Source: a virus (taxonomy: Duplodnaviria; Caudoviricetes). From it: DNA of 55,774 nucleotides. The stretch is from IMG/VR virus record IMGVR_UViG_3300033143_001114, positions 1 through 55,774 of that record. One strand, given 5' to 3'. Positions 27,484 through 36,781 of this stretch are shown piece by piece. The notes beneath the pieces are model-generated. The model did not search any database. It saw only the letters and a program-made list of their open reading frames with translations, and was not told the origin of the DNA. A program made the position numbers and the translations under genes. Every line of letters begins with the position of its first letter. Within the stretch, counting starts at the first letter, position 1.

Positions 27484-28866
27484 ATGAATTTATTTGGTTT
27501 TAACATAACTAAGTCTACAGCAGAGAAAGAAGAAAGTAAATTAAAATCTTTCATTGCTCCTGACGAAAATGATGCAGCGATTGAACTTGAAGGTGGAGTA
27601 GGTAATTATCAGTATAACGCCGACTTTGAATTAAGTTACAAAAGTGAAGAGCAGCTTGTTACCCATTATAGATCAATGGCTTTACAAGCTGATATTCAAG
27701 CCGCATTAGATGACATTGTTAATGATGCCATTTCGTTTGACTCTGACGGCAAGCCAGTAGAAGTTAACCTTGAGAAAACAAAGTTTTCAAAGAGTGTTAA
27801 GAATAAAATTAAAACTGAATTTGAAGAAGTTTTAAGGATCTTAAATTTCAATGAGTCAGGTGATGAACTATTTAGACAATGGTATGTTGATGGAAAACAA
27901 TATCATCATATTGTAGTTAATCCTGATAAAGAATCTGAAGGAATTAAGGATATCAGGTTCATTGATCCGCGTAACATTAAGAAAGTTAGGAATGTTGAGA
28001 AGAAGATTGTTGACGGTGTTGAGGTAATTGCTTCAACAGATGAGTTTTTCATATATGAAGAGCGTACAAAAGAACGCGGCACCAAACAACAACTTCAAAT
28101 AGATCCTAAAGCGGTTGTATATACCCACTCAGGTTTATATGACGATGAAAAGAATGTTATGTTGTCTTATATGCATCAGGCAATTAAACCTTTCAATCAG
28201 TTAAAGTCACTTGAAGATTCAGTTGTTATTTACAGATTATCAAGAGCCCCTGAACGTAGAATATTTTATGTAGACGTTGGCAACTTACCAAAGACTAGGG
28301 CTGAAGAATACCTTAAGTCTGTAATGAGCAAGTACCGCAATAAGATTGTGTACGATGTTAATACTGGTAATGTAAAAGATAACGTTGCACATAGATCAAT
28401 GCTAGAAGATATTTGGTTGCCACGTAGAGAAGGTAGCCGTGGAACAGAAGTATCAACTTTAGAAGGTGGTCAAAACTTAGGCGAGATGGATGATGTTAAT
28501 TATTTCCGTCAAAAGCTATACGCTTCACTAAGGATCCCACTAACAAGACTTGATCAAGAAGCAACGGTTAGTATAAGTAGAGCAAGTGAAATATCTCGTG
28601 ATGAAATTAAATTTTCAAAATTCATAGAGAAATTACGTAAGAAGTTTGCACGTTTATTTTATAGACTACTTAAAACACAACTTATCCTTAAGAACATTAT
28701 CACTGAGGATGATTGGGATAAACATAAAGAAAACATCCTTTTCAACTTCACCTCAGACATGCATTTTGCTGAATTGAAAGAAGCAGAGATTATGTCAGAA
28801 AGAGTTGAGATGCTTGGCAACATGGAAGATTATGTTGGTAAATACTTTTCAATTGCTTATGTATGA
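27484..28866 (+). CDS. gp20: Portal protein gp20 (3' end disrupted; the tail continues in the -1 frame)
   Basis: WYVDG, YRLSRAPERRIFYVDVGNLPK, WLPRREG-x-RGTEV-x-TL. Confidence 0.95.
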   Translation: MNLFGFNITKSTAEKEESKLKSFIAPDENDAAIELEGGVGNYQYNADFELSYKSEEQLVTHYRSMALQADIQAALDDIVNDAISFDSDGKPVEVNLEKTKFSKSVKNKIKTEFEEVLRILNFNESGDELFRQWYVDGKQYHHIVVNPDKESEGIKDIRFIDPRNIKKVRNVEKKIVDGVEVIASTDEFFIYEERTKERGTKQQLQIDPKAVVYTHSGLYDDEKNVMLSYMHQAIKPFNQLKSLEDSVVIYRLSRAPERRIFYVDVGNLPKTRAEEYLKSVMSKYRNKIVYDVNTGNVKDNVAHRSMLEDIWLPRREGSRGTEVSTLEGGQNLGEMDDVNYFRQKLYASLRIPLTRLDQEATVSISRASEISRDEIKFSKFIEKLRKKFARLFYRLLKTQLILKNIITEDDWDKHKENILFNFTSDMHFAELKEAEIMSERVEMLGNMEDYVGKYFSIAYV

Positions 28867-29030
28867 TGGATAAACAAATTAAAGACGAAGAAGAAGCTGG
28901 CCTGAACGACGATGATGAAGATGATGGTGGTGGTGGCGGTGGAGACTTTGGCGGCGGTGGTGATGAAGAACCAGCCGATGAAAAACCAGATGATGGTGAA
29001 GAAGATGAAAAACCAAGCGGTGAAGAGTAA
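28863..29030 (+). other. Out-of-frame C-terminal segment of gp20 (MMDKQIKDEEEAGLNDDDEDDGGGG...PSGEE)
   Basis: D-K-Q-I-x-x-E plus acidic tail matches the usual end of T4-like portals. Confidence 0.7.
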
Positions 29031-29371
29031 TGCCTGATAAAGAAGCTAAAATTAAAGATGCAGTAGCCGAAGCCCTTGCTATAAAAAAGGAAGAGCGTTT
29101 AGCCACACTTAAGAAAATAGGTGTGATTGTAGGTATTGTTATGGCAGTAGGTGGCGCCTTATGGGGTTCTGCTCAGGCAGCTATTTATTATCACTTGGAT
29201 GAAAGATATGTTCAAGTTGCATCATATGTTGACGCTAAGAAGCAAGAACGTATTGCCTTCTTGAATGATAAAATATTTATTTTAACATTTAAAGTTAATA
29301 GTGGAACAGCATCTCCAATAGAACACGCTCTATTAGAACGCTATAAAAACGAATTAATAAATTTACATTAA
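29030..29371 (+). CDS. Hypothetical single-TM protein
   Basis: Hydrophobic IGVIVGIVMAVGGALW segment. Confidence 0.5.
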   Translation: MPDKEAKIKDAVAEALAIKKEERLATLKKIGVIVGIVMAVGGALWGSAQAAIYYHLDERYVQVASYVDAKKQERIAFLNDKIFILTFKVNSGTASPIEHALLERYKNELINLH

Positions 29372-29388
29372 GACTAGGACATTAAAAA

Positions 29389-29547
29389 ATGGCTAAGAAA
29401 GATATGGCAGTAACCAAAATCAAATCACCTGCTGATTTTAAACAAACTATCGCAGATAGGCTTGATGAAAAGTCTATCACAGCACTTGAAGCACTTAGAG
29501 TAAGTCTTTCAAATAAAGTGCTAGAGAAGGCGTCTAATGACAAGTAA
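29389..29547 (+). CDS. Small 52-aa protein, possible gp67-like prohead core (not in ORF track)
   Basis: AGGA RBS; MAKKDMAVTKIKSPADFKQTIADRLDEKSITALEALR...; synteny between gp20 and gp21. Confidence 0.5.
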   Translation: MAKKDMAVTKIKSPADFKQTIADRLDEKSITALEALRVSLSNKVLEKASNDK

Positions 29548-30016
29548 AATCAAAAATTTAATTGATTTTTTAAGTAGCGATAAAACATCGCCCGCAGATG
29601 CCCTTGACGTTTTTAATGACGTTATGAAAGAGAAGTCAGACGAAGCTATTGATAGTCTTAGACAGCTTGCTTTTGAAGGTGTTACTGAAGAAGATGAAGA
29701 AGATCAATATGAGGAATGTGATTGCGAGGAAGGCGATGAAGATTGTAACTGCGAAGAAGTTGTTACAGAAGCTGGCCGAAAGATCGTAGTTAAAGTTGAC
29801 TCAAAAGGTAAACGTCGTAAGAAGCTTGTTTGTGGTCCAGGTAAAAAGAGTAAGGATGGTAAATGCGTTGTTCAAAAATCATCTGAAAAAATTGCTCGTA
29901 AGAAAGGATTGAAGAAAGCTGTACGCTCGAAGAAGGCTGGTGGTGCAGGAGCGAAACGTAAAGCTAACATTAAGAGAAATAAAGCTCTTAAAAAACGTAA
30001 GTCTCAAGGATTGTAA
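29537..30016 (+). CDS. Prohead core protein (gp67/gp68-like)
   Basis: Acidic middle, very basic K/R-rich C-terminus ending KRKSQGL; synteny. Confidence 0.65.
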   Translation: MTSKIKNLIDFLSSDKTSPADALDVFNDVMKEKSDEAIDSLRQLAFEGVTEEDEEDQYEECDCEEGDEDCNCEEVVTEAGRKIVVKVDSKGKRRKKLVCGPGKKSKDGKCVVQKSSEKIARKKGLKKAVRSKKAGGAGAKRKANIKRNKALKKRKSQGL

Positions 30017-30017
30017 A

Positions 30018-30260
30018 ATGCCAAGTTTAGAACAACAATCAAAATCATTAATGGAAGGCGAAATCCTTAAAGAAAAGATTGCATCTACTAAAGCTGTTAA
30101 GAAAGAGTTAGGTAAGATGTTAAGTGTGATGGGTAAGATGAACGATAAGGTTGCTATGGAATTTGATGATTATATGGATAATAATTCAATACAAAAGATT
30201 TTAAGAAATATAGAAGATCTTGAAAGTACAATTATAAGTGTTGGACACAAATTAAAATAA
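30018..30260 (+). CDS. Putative internal head protein (leader class B)
   Basis: Likely start MPSLEQQSKSLME directly after the upstream stop. Confidence 0.45.
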   Translation: MPSLEQQSKSLMEGEILKEKIASTKAVKKELGKMLSVMGKMNDKVAMEFDDYMDNNSIQKILRNIEDLESTIISVGHKLK

Positions 30261-30271
30261 GGGAATATAAT

Positions 30272-30571
30272 ATGTCAAGTTTACAAGATGCAATTAAAAA
30301 TATTGGAAAACCAAAAGTTGATCCAATGGTTAAAGAGATAATTGAACACGAATTGTTCATTGAAAATCTTGCATATGGTTCAGAACCAGTAAACCCAGAA
30401 CAAACAAAAACAGAACGCGATTACTCTGCACAAGATATGGCTTGGAGCCTTATCAATACTGCAAGACGACTACGCGGCACGGAAGCAGATGATGCTGAGA
30501 TAATGAAAACTGTTAAAGAGCTTATGACACTTATACATAAGAACCTAACAGATCAAGGAATCAAGGTATAA
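30272..30571 (+). CDS. Hypothetical head-associated protein
   Basis: MSSLQDAIKNI start; lies between the core genes and gp21. Confidence 0.45.
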   Translation: MSSLQDAIKNIGKPKVDPMVKEIIEHELFIENLAYGSEPVNPEQTKTERDYSAQDMAWSLINTARRLRGTEADDAEIMKTVKELMTLIHKNLTDQGIKV

Positions 30572-30573
30572 AA

Positions 30574-31227
30574 ATGAAGCTGATCACAGAAATAAACGAA
30601 AATACAGAATTACTTACTGAAGGTAAGGGTAAAGATAAAAAATATTTCGTTGAGGGTATATTCCTTCAAGGTGGTATTAAAAACCGTAATGGACGTGAAT
30701 ATCCAGTAGAAACACTTATGAAAGAAGTGTCTCGCTACAATGCTCAATATGTAAAGCAGAATAGAGCGTTTGGTGAATTGGGTCATCCTGAAGGTCCTTC
30801 AATCAACTTAGATCGTGTATCACATATGATCACCAGTTTGAAGAAGGAAGGTAATGACTTTGTTGGTCGTGCCAAGGTTATGGACACACCATACGGTAGA
30901 GTAGTAAAGAATTTCATTGATGAAGGTGCTAAGTTAGGTATATCCTCACGTGGGATGGGTAGCATTAAAAAGGAAGGTAATAGGAATGTTGTTCAAGATG
31001 ACTTTTATCTTGCAACTGCAGGAGACATTGTTGCTGACCCTTCAGCCCCAAGCGCCTTTTTAAATGGTATTATGGAAGGAAAAGAATGGATCATGGAAAG
31101 CGGCGTCCTGATTGAAAAGGATGTTGAAGATTACAAAAAGCGTATAAATGCAGCAAGTAGATCTGTTTCAAGGGAAACTGAGAAAGAGATGCTGGCGGTA
31201 TTTGAGAGTTTCATAAATAAACTCTAA
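30574..31227 (+). CDS. gp21: Prohead protease gp21
   Basis: MKLITE, NRNGR-x-YP, GELGHP, GISSRGMGS, D-x-VADPS. Confidence 0.95.
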   Translation: MKLITEINENTELLTEGKGKDKKYFVEGIFLQGGIKNRNGREYPVETLMKEVSRYNAQYVKQNRAFGELGHPEGPSINLDRVSHMITSLKKEGNDFVGRAKVMDTPYGRVVKNFIDEGAKLGISSRGMGSIKKEGNRNVVQDDFYLATAGDIVADPSAPSAFLNGIMEGKEWIMESGVLIEKDVEDYKKRINAASRSVSRETEKEMLAVFESFINKL

Positions 31228-31238
31228 ACAAGCAAATT

Positions 31239-31246
31239 TATAAATA
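31239..31246 (+). promoter_or_regulatory. T4-type late promoter
   Basis: TATAAATA upstream of gp22. Confidence 0.75.
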
Positions 31247-31295
31247 TAATTTATAATACAATTATAACAACAGGTATCTAGATTAGGAGCAAAAT

Positions 31296-32447
31296 ATGAA
31301 TTTTCAATGCCCAGAATGTGAAACTGTAATGGAACTTAAGGAAGACAAGCACGTTTGCCCTAATGCAGATTGCGGTCACGAAGTTACACTTGCAGAAGCT
31401 AACGAATTATTTGAAGATGGTAAAATCATTGGTCTTGTAGAAGACAGTGAAATTGATGAAATCCTTGAAACTTTGAAAGAAGCTAAGAAAACTTCTAAGA
31501 AGGAAGAAGAGGATGAAGATGAAGAAGATAAAGACGACGACGACGACAAAATGAAGAAAGAAGGTAAAAAGTCATCTAAGAAAGAAGAAGAAGATGATGA
31601 AGATGAAGACGACGACGACGACGACAAAATGAAGAAAGAAGGCAAGAAAACTGCCAAGAAAGAAGAAGACGACGAAGACGAAGATGATGAAGAAGATAAA
31701 GACGTGAAAGAAGAGTCTTTTGATATTGATTCACTTGATCTTGATATGTCAGAAGACGTTGCGGCTATGTTCAATGGTGAAGACTTGTCAGAAGCATTTC
31801 AATCAAAAGCATCTACAATCTTTGAAGCGGCTGTAAAAGCTAAAGTAAAAGACGTTGCTAAGGTACTTGGAGAGCAAAAGGTTGCTGCAATTAAAAAGGC
31901 AGTAGACGCTAACAAGACTGAGATGGAAGAAAGCTTGAATGATTACTTAGATTATGCCATTAAAGAATGGGTAGAAAAGAACCAAGTTGCACTTGAGTCT
32001 AAGACCCGTACTGAAATGACAGATAAATTCATGGAAGGGCTTGCTTCATTGTTCAAAGAACATTATGTTGATATCCCTGCTGACCGCTTTGATGTATTGG
32101 AAGCAATGGCAGAAGAACTTGCTGACACTAAGGAAAAGTTGGATGAGCAGATCACTAAAAATGTTGATGCTAACAAGAGCTTGAACGAAGCAACTTCAAA
32201 AGAAATCGTTTCAGAGATTGCTGAAGGATTAGCTGATACTGAAAAGGAAAAGTTGGAAAAATTAGCGGAAAATGTAAGCTTTGAAGATGAAAGCAAATTC
32301 CGTGAGGAAATCAAGACATTAAGAGAAAGCTACTTTAACAAGGGCTCATCTAGTGACGATGATGATGATAGAGGGAGCGCAGGTGGACTTACTGAGGAAA
32401 ATGATTTAGTCTCAAGCGTGTTAAAACACTTAGGTAAGAAAGATTAA
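31296..32447 (+). CDS. gp22: Prohead scaffold protein gp22
   Basis: LSEAF-x-x-KA-x-TIFEAAV, YLDY...EW, LRESYF; synteny. Confidence 0.9.
   Translation: MNFQCPECETVMELKEDKHVCPNADCGHEVTLAEANELFEDGKIIGLVEDSEIDEILETLKEAKKTSKKEEEDEDEEDKDDDDDKMKKEGKKSSKKEEEDDEDEDDDDDDKMKKEGKKTAKKEEDDEDEDDEEDKDVKEESFDIDSLDLDMSEDVAAMFNGEDLSEAFQSKASTIFEAAVKAKVKDVAKVLGEQKVAAIKKAVDANKTEMEESLNDYLDYAIKEWVEKNQVALESKTRTEMTDKFMEGLASLFKEHYVDIPADRFDVLEAMAEELADTKEKLDEQITKNVDANKSLNEATSKEIVSEIAEGLADTEKEKLEKLAENVSFEDESKFREEIKTLRESYFNKGSSSDDDDDRGSAGGLTEENDLVSSVLKHLGKKD
31484..31715 (+). repeat. Three ~78-bp coding repeats (KK-x-x-KKEE, acidic run, KMKKEG) in gp22
   Basis: GACGACGACGACAAAATGAAGAAAGAAGG occurs twice; boundaries approximate. 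Confidence 0.7.
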
Positions 32448-32465
32448 ATTCTAAATCCTTAATAT

Positions 32466-32473
32466 TATAAATA
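32466..32473 (+). promoter_or_regulatory. T4-type late promoter
   Basis: TATAAATA upstream of gp23. Confidence 0.75.
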
Positions 32474-32525
32474 AATACAAATATAACAATATTTACAAAA
32501 GAATACTTGTTTGAGGAGAAACAAA

Positions 32526-33731
32526 ATGCAAGCTATCTTAAATGAAGCAGTAAGAGAAAAGTGGGCTCCTATCATCGAATGTGAAGATGTAGCTCCAATT
32601 AAGAACAGAGAAGTGCGTAATAACACTATTCGAGTTCTTGAAAACCAAGAAAAAGATTTAAAGGAAGCGACTAAAGCTGGCGATATGGATAATTGGGATC
32701 CAGTCCTAATTAGCATGGTTAGACGTTCACAACCTACTTTGATTGCAAACGACCTTGTTGGTGTTCAACCAATGAGCGGACCAACTGGTTTGATCTTTGC
32801 TATCAAGTCATGGTACGGTAAGGTTCCAGGCGTTGGTACAGAAGCTTTGGCAATAACTGAACCAGATTCAGCTTACTCAGGTAAGTATGATACAGTAGAC
32901 GCAGAAGCGTTAGGTACTGCTGAAAATGTTGCTGGTGGAGTTGGTGACCCAGTTGCTGACCCAGTTGTTCAAACTGATCCTTGGAATGAAATGTCATTTG
33001 ACATTACTTCAACAACTGTGGCTGCAAAGACACGCGCATTGAAGGCTAAGTATACAACTGAATTAGCACAAGACTTAAAAGTAATTCATGGTCTTGACGC
33101 TGAAACAGAACTTGCTAACATTTTGAGCGGTGAAATTGTTGCAGAACAAAACCGTGAAATGGTACAAGAAATTAACACACAAGCTATTACAAGCACACAA
33201 GGCCAAGTACCAGGTACTTGGGACGTTGCAGATGCATCAACAGATACTGATGGTCGTTGGGAAATGGAACGTTATAAGAGTTTGATCATGGCTATTAACC
33301 GTGAGTCTAACCAAATTGCGCTTGAAACACGCCGTGGCCGTGGTAACTTCATCATTGCATCTGCTAACGTTGTTAGCGCATTGCAAACAGCTGGACGTTT
33401 TCACTACGCAGGTGGTGATTTAGGTCAGTTGGATGGCGACACTGTTGGTATCACGTTTGCTGGTGTAATGAACGGCATGCATAAAGTTTATATTGATCCT
33501 TATGCTGCAACTGACTATGTAACCGTTGGTTACAAAGGCGCAAACGTATATGACGCTGGTATCTTCTGGGCACCATATGTGCCATTGACAATGGTTAAAG
33601 CCATTGGTGAAGAAGACTTCCAACCACGCATTGGATTTAAGACACGCTACGGCTTGGCTTATAACCCATTCGTATCAGGTAACGTTGGCGAAAACTCATA
33701 TTACCGTAAGCTGCTTGTTACTGGTGTATAA
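32526..33731 (+). CDS. gp23: Major capsid protein gp23
   Basis: GVQPMSGPTGLIFA, ELAQDLK-x-IHGLDAE-x-EL, FQPRIGFKTRYG; GAGGAG RBS favours ATG 32526. Confidence 0.97.
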   Translation: MQAILNEAVREKWAPIIECEDVAPIKNREVRNNTIRVLENQEKDLKEATKAGDMDNWDPVLISMVRRSQPTLIANDLVGVQPMSGPTGLIFAIKSWYGKVPGVGTEALAITEPDSAYSGKYDTVDAEALGTAENVAGGVGDPVADPVVQTDPWNEMSFDITSTTVAAKTRALKAKYTTELAQDLKVIHGLDAETELANILSGEIVAEQNREMVQEINTQAITSTQGQVPGTWDVADASTDTDGRWEMERYKSLIMAINRESNQIALETRRGRGNFIIASANVVSALQTAGRFHYAGGDLGQLDGDTVGITFAGVMNGMHKVYIDPYAATDYVTVGYKGANVYDAGIFWAPYVPLTMVKAIGEEDFQPRIGFKTRYGLAYNPFVSGNVGENSYYRKLLVTGV

Positions 33732-33768
33732 GAGAAGTACAACAAAACAATAATAATAACGTTGTTTC

Positions 33769-33795
33769 AAAAGTGGCCGAAAGGCCACTTTTTTT
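33769..33795 (+). terminator. Intrinsic terminator after gp23
   Basis: AAAAGTGGCC-GAAA-GGCCACTTTT plus T run. Confidence 0.9.
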
Positions 33796-33854
33796 GGGCT
33801 AAATAATCTGACTAAATAGTACCATAATAATAAACGTTCTAAAAGGATATTGGA

Positions 33855-34307
33855 ATGAAAGCAATATTAAGATTCAGTAGAAAGAGATGGAGCATTGCAA
33901 GCTGGTTTATCAGAGTATTCACTATGTCTAATTATAGTCATGTGGATGTAGTAATGCCTCACACAGAAGGTCAAAGATTATTTGGTGCTTTATTATGGAA
34001 AGGTGTATCATATCACAGAAGTACATATGATCATGAGAAAGATTATTACATTGAATTTGAAAATGAAATACAATACACAAGATTTTTCAAATTCCTTGAA
34101 GATCAAAAAGGAAAGGATTACGATATCATTTCAATTTTTGGTTTCTTCTTTCATAAACGCCAATGGCATGATAAGAACAAATGGTTTTGTTCTGAATTAA
34201 TAGCTGCGGCATCAGAGTATGCTGGCGTAAGGCTTTTGAATTTTCACACAAACAGAGTCACTCCTATTGATTTAATTAAATCTCTAAAGGTGTGGGAGGT
34301 TAAATAA
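33855..34307 (+). CDS. Permuted papain-like (YaeF/YiiX, NlpC/P60) amidase-like protein
   Basis: YSHV...GKDYD...WFCSELI (His precedes Cys). Confidence 0.75.
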   Translation: MKAILRFSRKRWSIASWFIRVFTMSNYSHVDVVMPHTEGQRLFGALLWKGVSYHRSTYDHEKDYYIEFENEIQYTRFFKFLEDQKGKDYDIISIFGFFFHKRQWHDKNKWFCSELIAAASEYAGVRLLNFHTNRVTPIDLIKSLKVWEVK

Positions 34308-34765
34308 TGTCAACTGACAATCTGAACATACAGAATAATTTTGTATTCACATTTGATAAGATCGATGGGGTTGCGTACAATACTCAAAATTTACAGCTTC
34401 CTGCAATAACGTTAGGTGAAACAATTGTCCCTAATAAATCAGTCGATTATTCTGTACCAGGAGACAAGCTTACATTTGATAAGCTGAATATAAGGTTCTT
34501 GGTAGATGAGGATCTTGAGAATTATATGCAACTTTATAAATGGTTAATGGATATGAGAAATCCAGAGACTTGTGAGAGAGCAGATATTTACTCTGATTGT
34601 CAATTGACCATATTAAACAATAATAAAAATGTTCTAAAGAAGTTCACTTTCGTGGACTGCTACCCAATCCTGCTAGATGTGCTTGAATTTGACTATGCAT
34701 CAGACGCAGACGCCCAATCAATATCAGCCACAATTTCTTATACATATTTTAAAGAATCTGCTTGA
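34307..34765 (+). CDS. gp3: Tail completion protein gp3
   Basis: PGDKLTF...FLVDEDLENY...W, LTILNNN; synteny. Confidence 0.85.
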   Translation: MSTDNLNIQNNFVFTFDKIDGVAYNTQNLQLPAITLGETIVPNKSVDYSVPGDKLTFDKLNIRFLVDEDLENYMQLYKWLMDMRNPETCERADIYSDCQLTILNNNKNVLKKFTFVDCYPILLDVLEFDYASDADAQSISATISYTYFKESA

Positions 34766-34790
34766 TATTAAATCTTAGGTGTGCTATTAT
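34762..34790 (+). promoter_or_regulatory. Sigma70-like promoter for uvsY
   Basis: TTGATA-17-TATTAT with extended -10 TG. Confidence 0.6.
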
Positions 34791-34823
34791 AACACTTTAC
34801 ACCTCAGAATAGGATAACAATAA

Positions 34824-35219
34824 ATGAAGCTTAAAGATATCCAGGCAATGGCTGATAAGGATCTTAAAATCAGCCAAGACCAACTACATGAAATATCAAT
34901 GGACGTACCATACCTCCATAACAAATATTATAAACATTTATCAGAAGCGCGCCTTGCTTTGAAACTTATTGAAGCAGGATACAATAAATTATATAAAGAA
35001 AAATATAATTACTTCTCTGTGGATTATAGTATATTATTAGATCGAAAAGAGATACCAATTTATATAGCCGCGGATCCAGATATTGTTCAGGCTGATAATA
35101 AAGTATTCCTCCAAAAAGAAAAAATCAAATACCTCGAAGCTATCATTGATAATATTAGTCGTATATCTTTCAATGTTAGAAATGCAATTGAATTTATTAA
35201 ATTCACACACGGCGAATAA
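34824..35219 (+). CDS. uvsY: Recombination mediator UvsY
   Basis: P-x-LH-x-KY, YI-x-AD-x-D, F-x-V-x-NAIEF; adjacent to uvsW. Confidence 0.85.
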   Translation: MKLKDIQAMADKDLKISQDQLHEISMDVPYLHNKYYKHLSEARLALKLIEAGYNKLYKEKYNYFSVDYSILLDRKEIPIYIAADPDIVQADNKVFLQKEKIKYLEAIIDNISRISFNVRNAIEFIKFTHGE

Positions 35220-36772
35220 TGACAACAATACATCTAAAAAGATTAAATGATGTTCACATGTATGTAGACTGTGATAGGTCTATGGCCTATGAATTGTCAG
35301 ACTTCTTTTCATTTAAAGCACCTGGTTATTTCTTCAACCCATTATATAAGGCGGGAGTGTGGGATGGTGTAATCAGAATATTCAATGCCAACTCTAAAAA
35401 ATTGTATGTTGGTTTAATGGGACATATGGAATACTTCGCCAAGTCTCGTGGATATACTTTAAAGGTTGACGAAGGTATATTGACTGTTGATAAACGAATA
35501 ACGCCTGAGTTCACCAAAGAATTCACAGACAAGTTAAACGCATATGCTCTAGACAAATCAACAAACACATGGGAACAAATCAAAGCAAGAGATTATCAAC
35601 TCTATGCAATATATGATGCTCTGAGGTATAAACGTACAACACTTGTTTCACCTACATCCTCAGGTAAAAGTTTTATTATATACAGCCTTGTTAGATACAT
35701 TCAAACTCAATTAAAGAAAAATAGAAAGGTTTTGATTGTGGTTCCTACAATTGGCCTTGTTTCACAAATGAAGAAAGACTTTGAGGAATACTCATATAAA
35801 AATGGTTGGGACACAGAAGATAATGTTCACTTAATCCACGGTGGCCAGGATAAACACACAGATAAGAATGTAGTTATTTCAACATGGCAATCTATATACA
35901 AGATGGGTCCAAAATACTTTGAACAGTTTGGCGCAATAATTGGGGACGAGTGTCATTTATTTAAAGCCAAATCTCTATCATCTATAATGGACAAGCTAAC
36001 TGACTGCCCTTACCGTGTTGGCTTAACAGGAACATTAGGTTCTAAAACTGTTCATAAGCTTGTGCTTGAAGGTCTCTTTGGTAGATCAAAGAAATACATC
36101 TCAACAAAACAATTAATGGATAGGAAAGAAGTTGCTGACTTGACAATCAAGGCAATCAACTTAATATATCCTGATGAAGAGAAGAAAGCATTAACACAGG
36201 TTGTAAAAATCATCGACGGTGAGGAAGTTAAAAGGAAAGCCACATACCAAGATGAATTAAAATATATTCTAGAGCATAAGAAAAGAAATAATTTTATTAT
36301 CAACCTAACCAAATCACTATCAGCGAACACACTGATATTGTTCTCACGGAACGCTCATGGTGAGTATCTCCGAGACAAGATCACAGAGAATCTGAAAGGT
36401 ACTGGTCGTACTGTCTACTTTGTTAATGGTGGTACATCTAAAGATGACAGGGAACATATTAGATTAATAGTAGAGAAGGAAAAAAATTGTGTCATTGTGG
36501 CATCATACGGAGTATTCTCTACAGGCATTAGTATTAAGAACATTCACAATATAATATTTGGAGCACCTTCTAAATCTGAGTTCAGGGTGTTACAATCAAT
36601 AGGCCGTGGACTGAGAGTATCAGCTTCAAAATTCAAGGTAGTGCTGTGGGATATTGTAGATGACTTATCATGGAAACGCCACAAGAACTATGCACTGAAA
36701 CACTTTTTAGAAAGAATGAAACTGTACACCGCTGAGAAGTTTAAATACGAAATCCATAATGTGAAGCTATAG
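35219..36772 (+). CDS. uvsW: SF2 helicase UvsW
   Basis: SPTSSGKS, DECH, GLTGT, QSIGRGLR. Confidence 0.95.
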   Translation: MTTIHLKRLNDVHMYVDCDRSMAYELSDFFSFKAPGYFFNPLYKAGVWDGVIRIFNANSKKLYVGLMGHMEYFAKSRGYTLKVDEGILTVDKRITPEFTKEFTDKLNAYALDKSTNTWEQIKARDYQLYAIYDALRYKRTTLVSPTSSGKSFIIYSLVRYIQTQLKKNRKVLIVVPTIGLVSQMKKDFEEYSYKNGWDTEDNVHLIHGGQDKHTDKNVVISTWQSIYKMGPKYFEQFGAIIGDECHLFKAKSLSSIMDKLTDCPYRVGLTGTLGSKTVHKLVLEGLFGRSKKYISTKQLMDRKEVADLTIKAINLIYPDEEKKALTQVVKIIDGEEVKRKATYQDELKYILEHKKRNNFIINLTKSLSANTLILFSRNAHGEYLRDKITENLKGTGRTVYFVNGGTSKDDREHIRLIVEKEKNCVIVASYGVFSTGISIKNIHNIIFGAPSKSEFRVLQSIGRGLRVSASKFKVVLWDIVDDLSWKRHKNYALKHFLERMKLYTAEKFKYEIHNVKL

Positions 36773-36781
36773 GAGATTAAT

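Noticed and set aside
28864-28910. TGA readthrough or genetic-code reassignment in gp20
   Set aside because: In-frame readthrough gives a short non-portal peptide and another TGA; other genes end normally at TGA, TAG and TAA
23566-36772. Introns, inteins or homing endonucleases in gp17, gp18, gp23 or uvsW
   Set aside because: These genes are continuous and of normal or short length; no intein or endonuclease motifs seen
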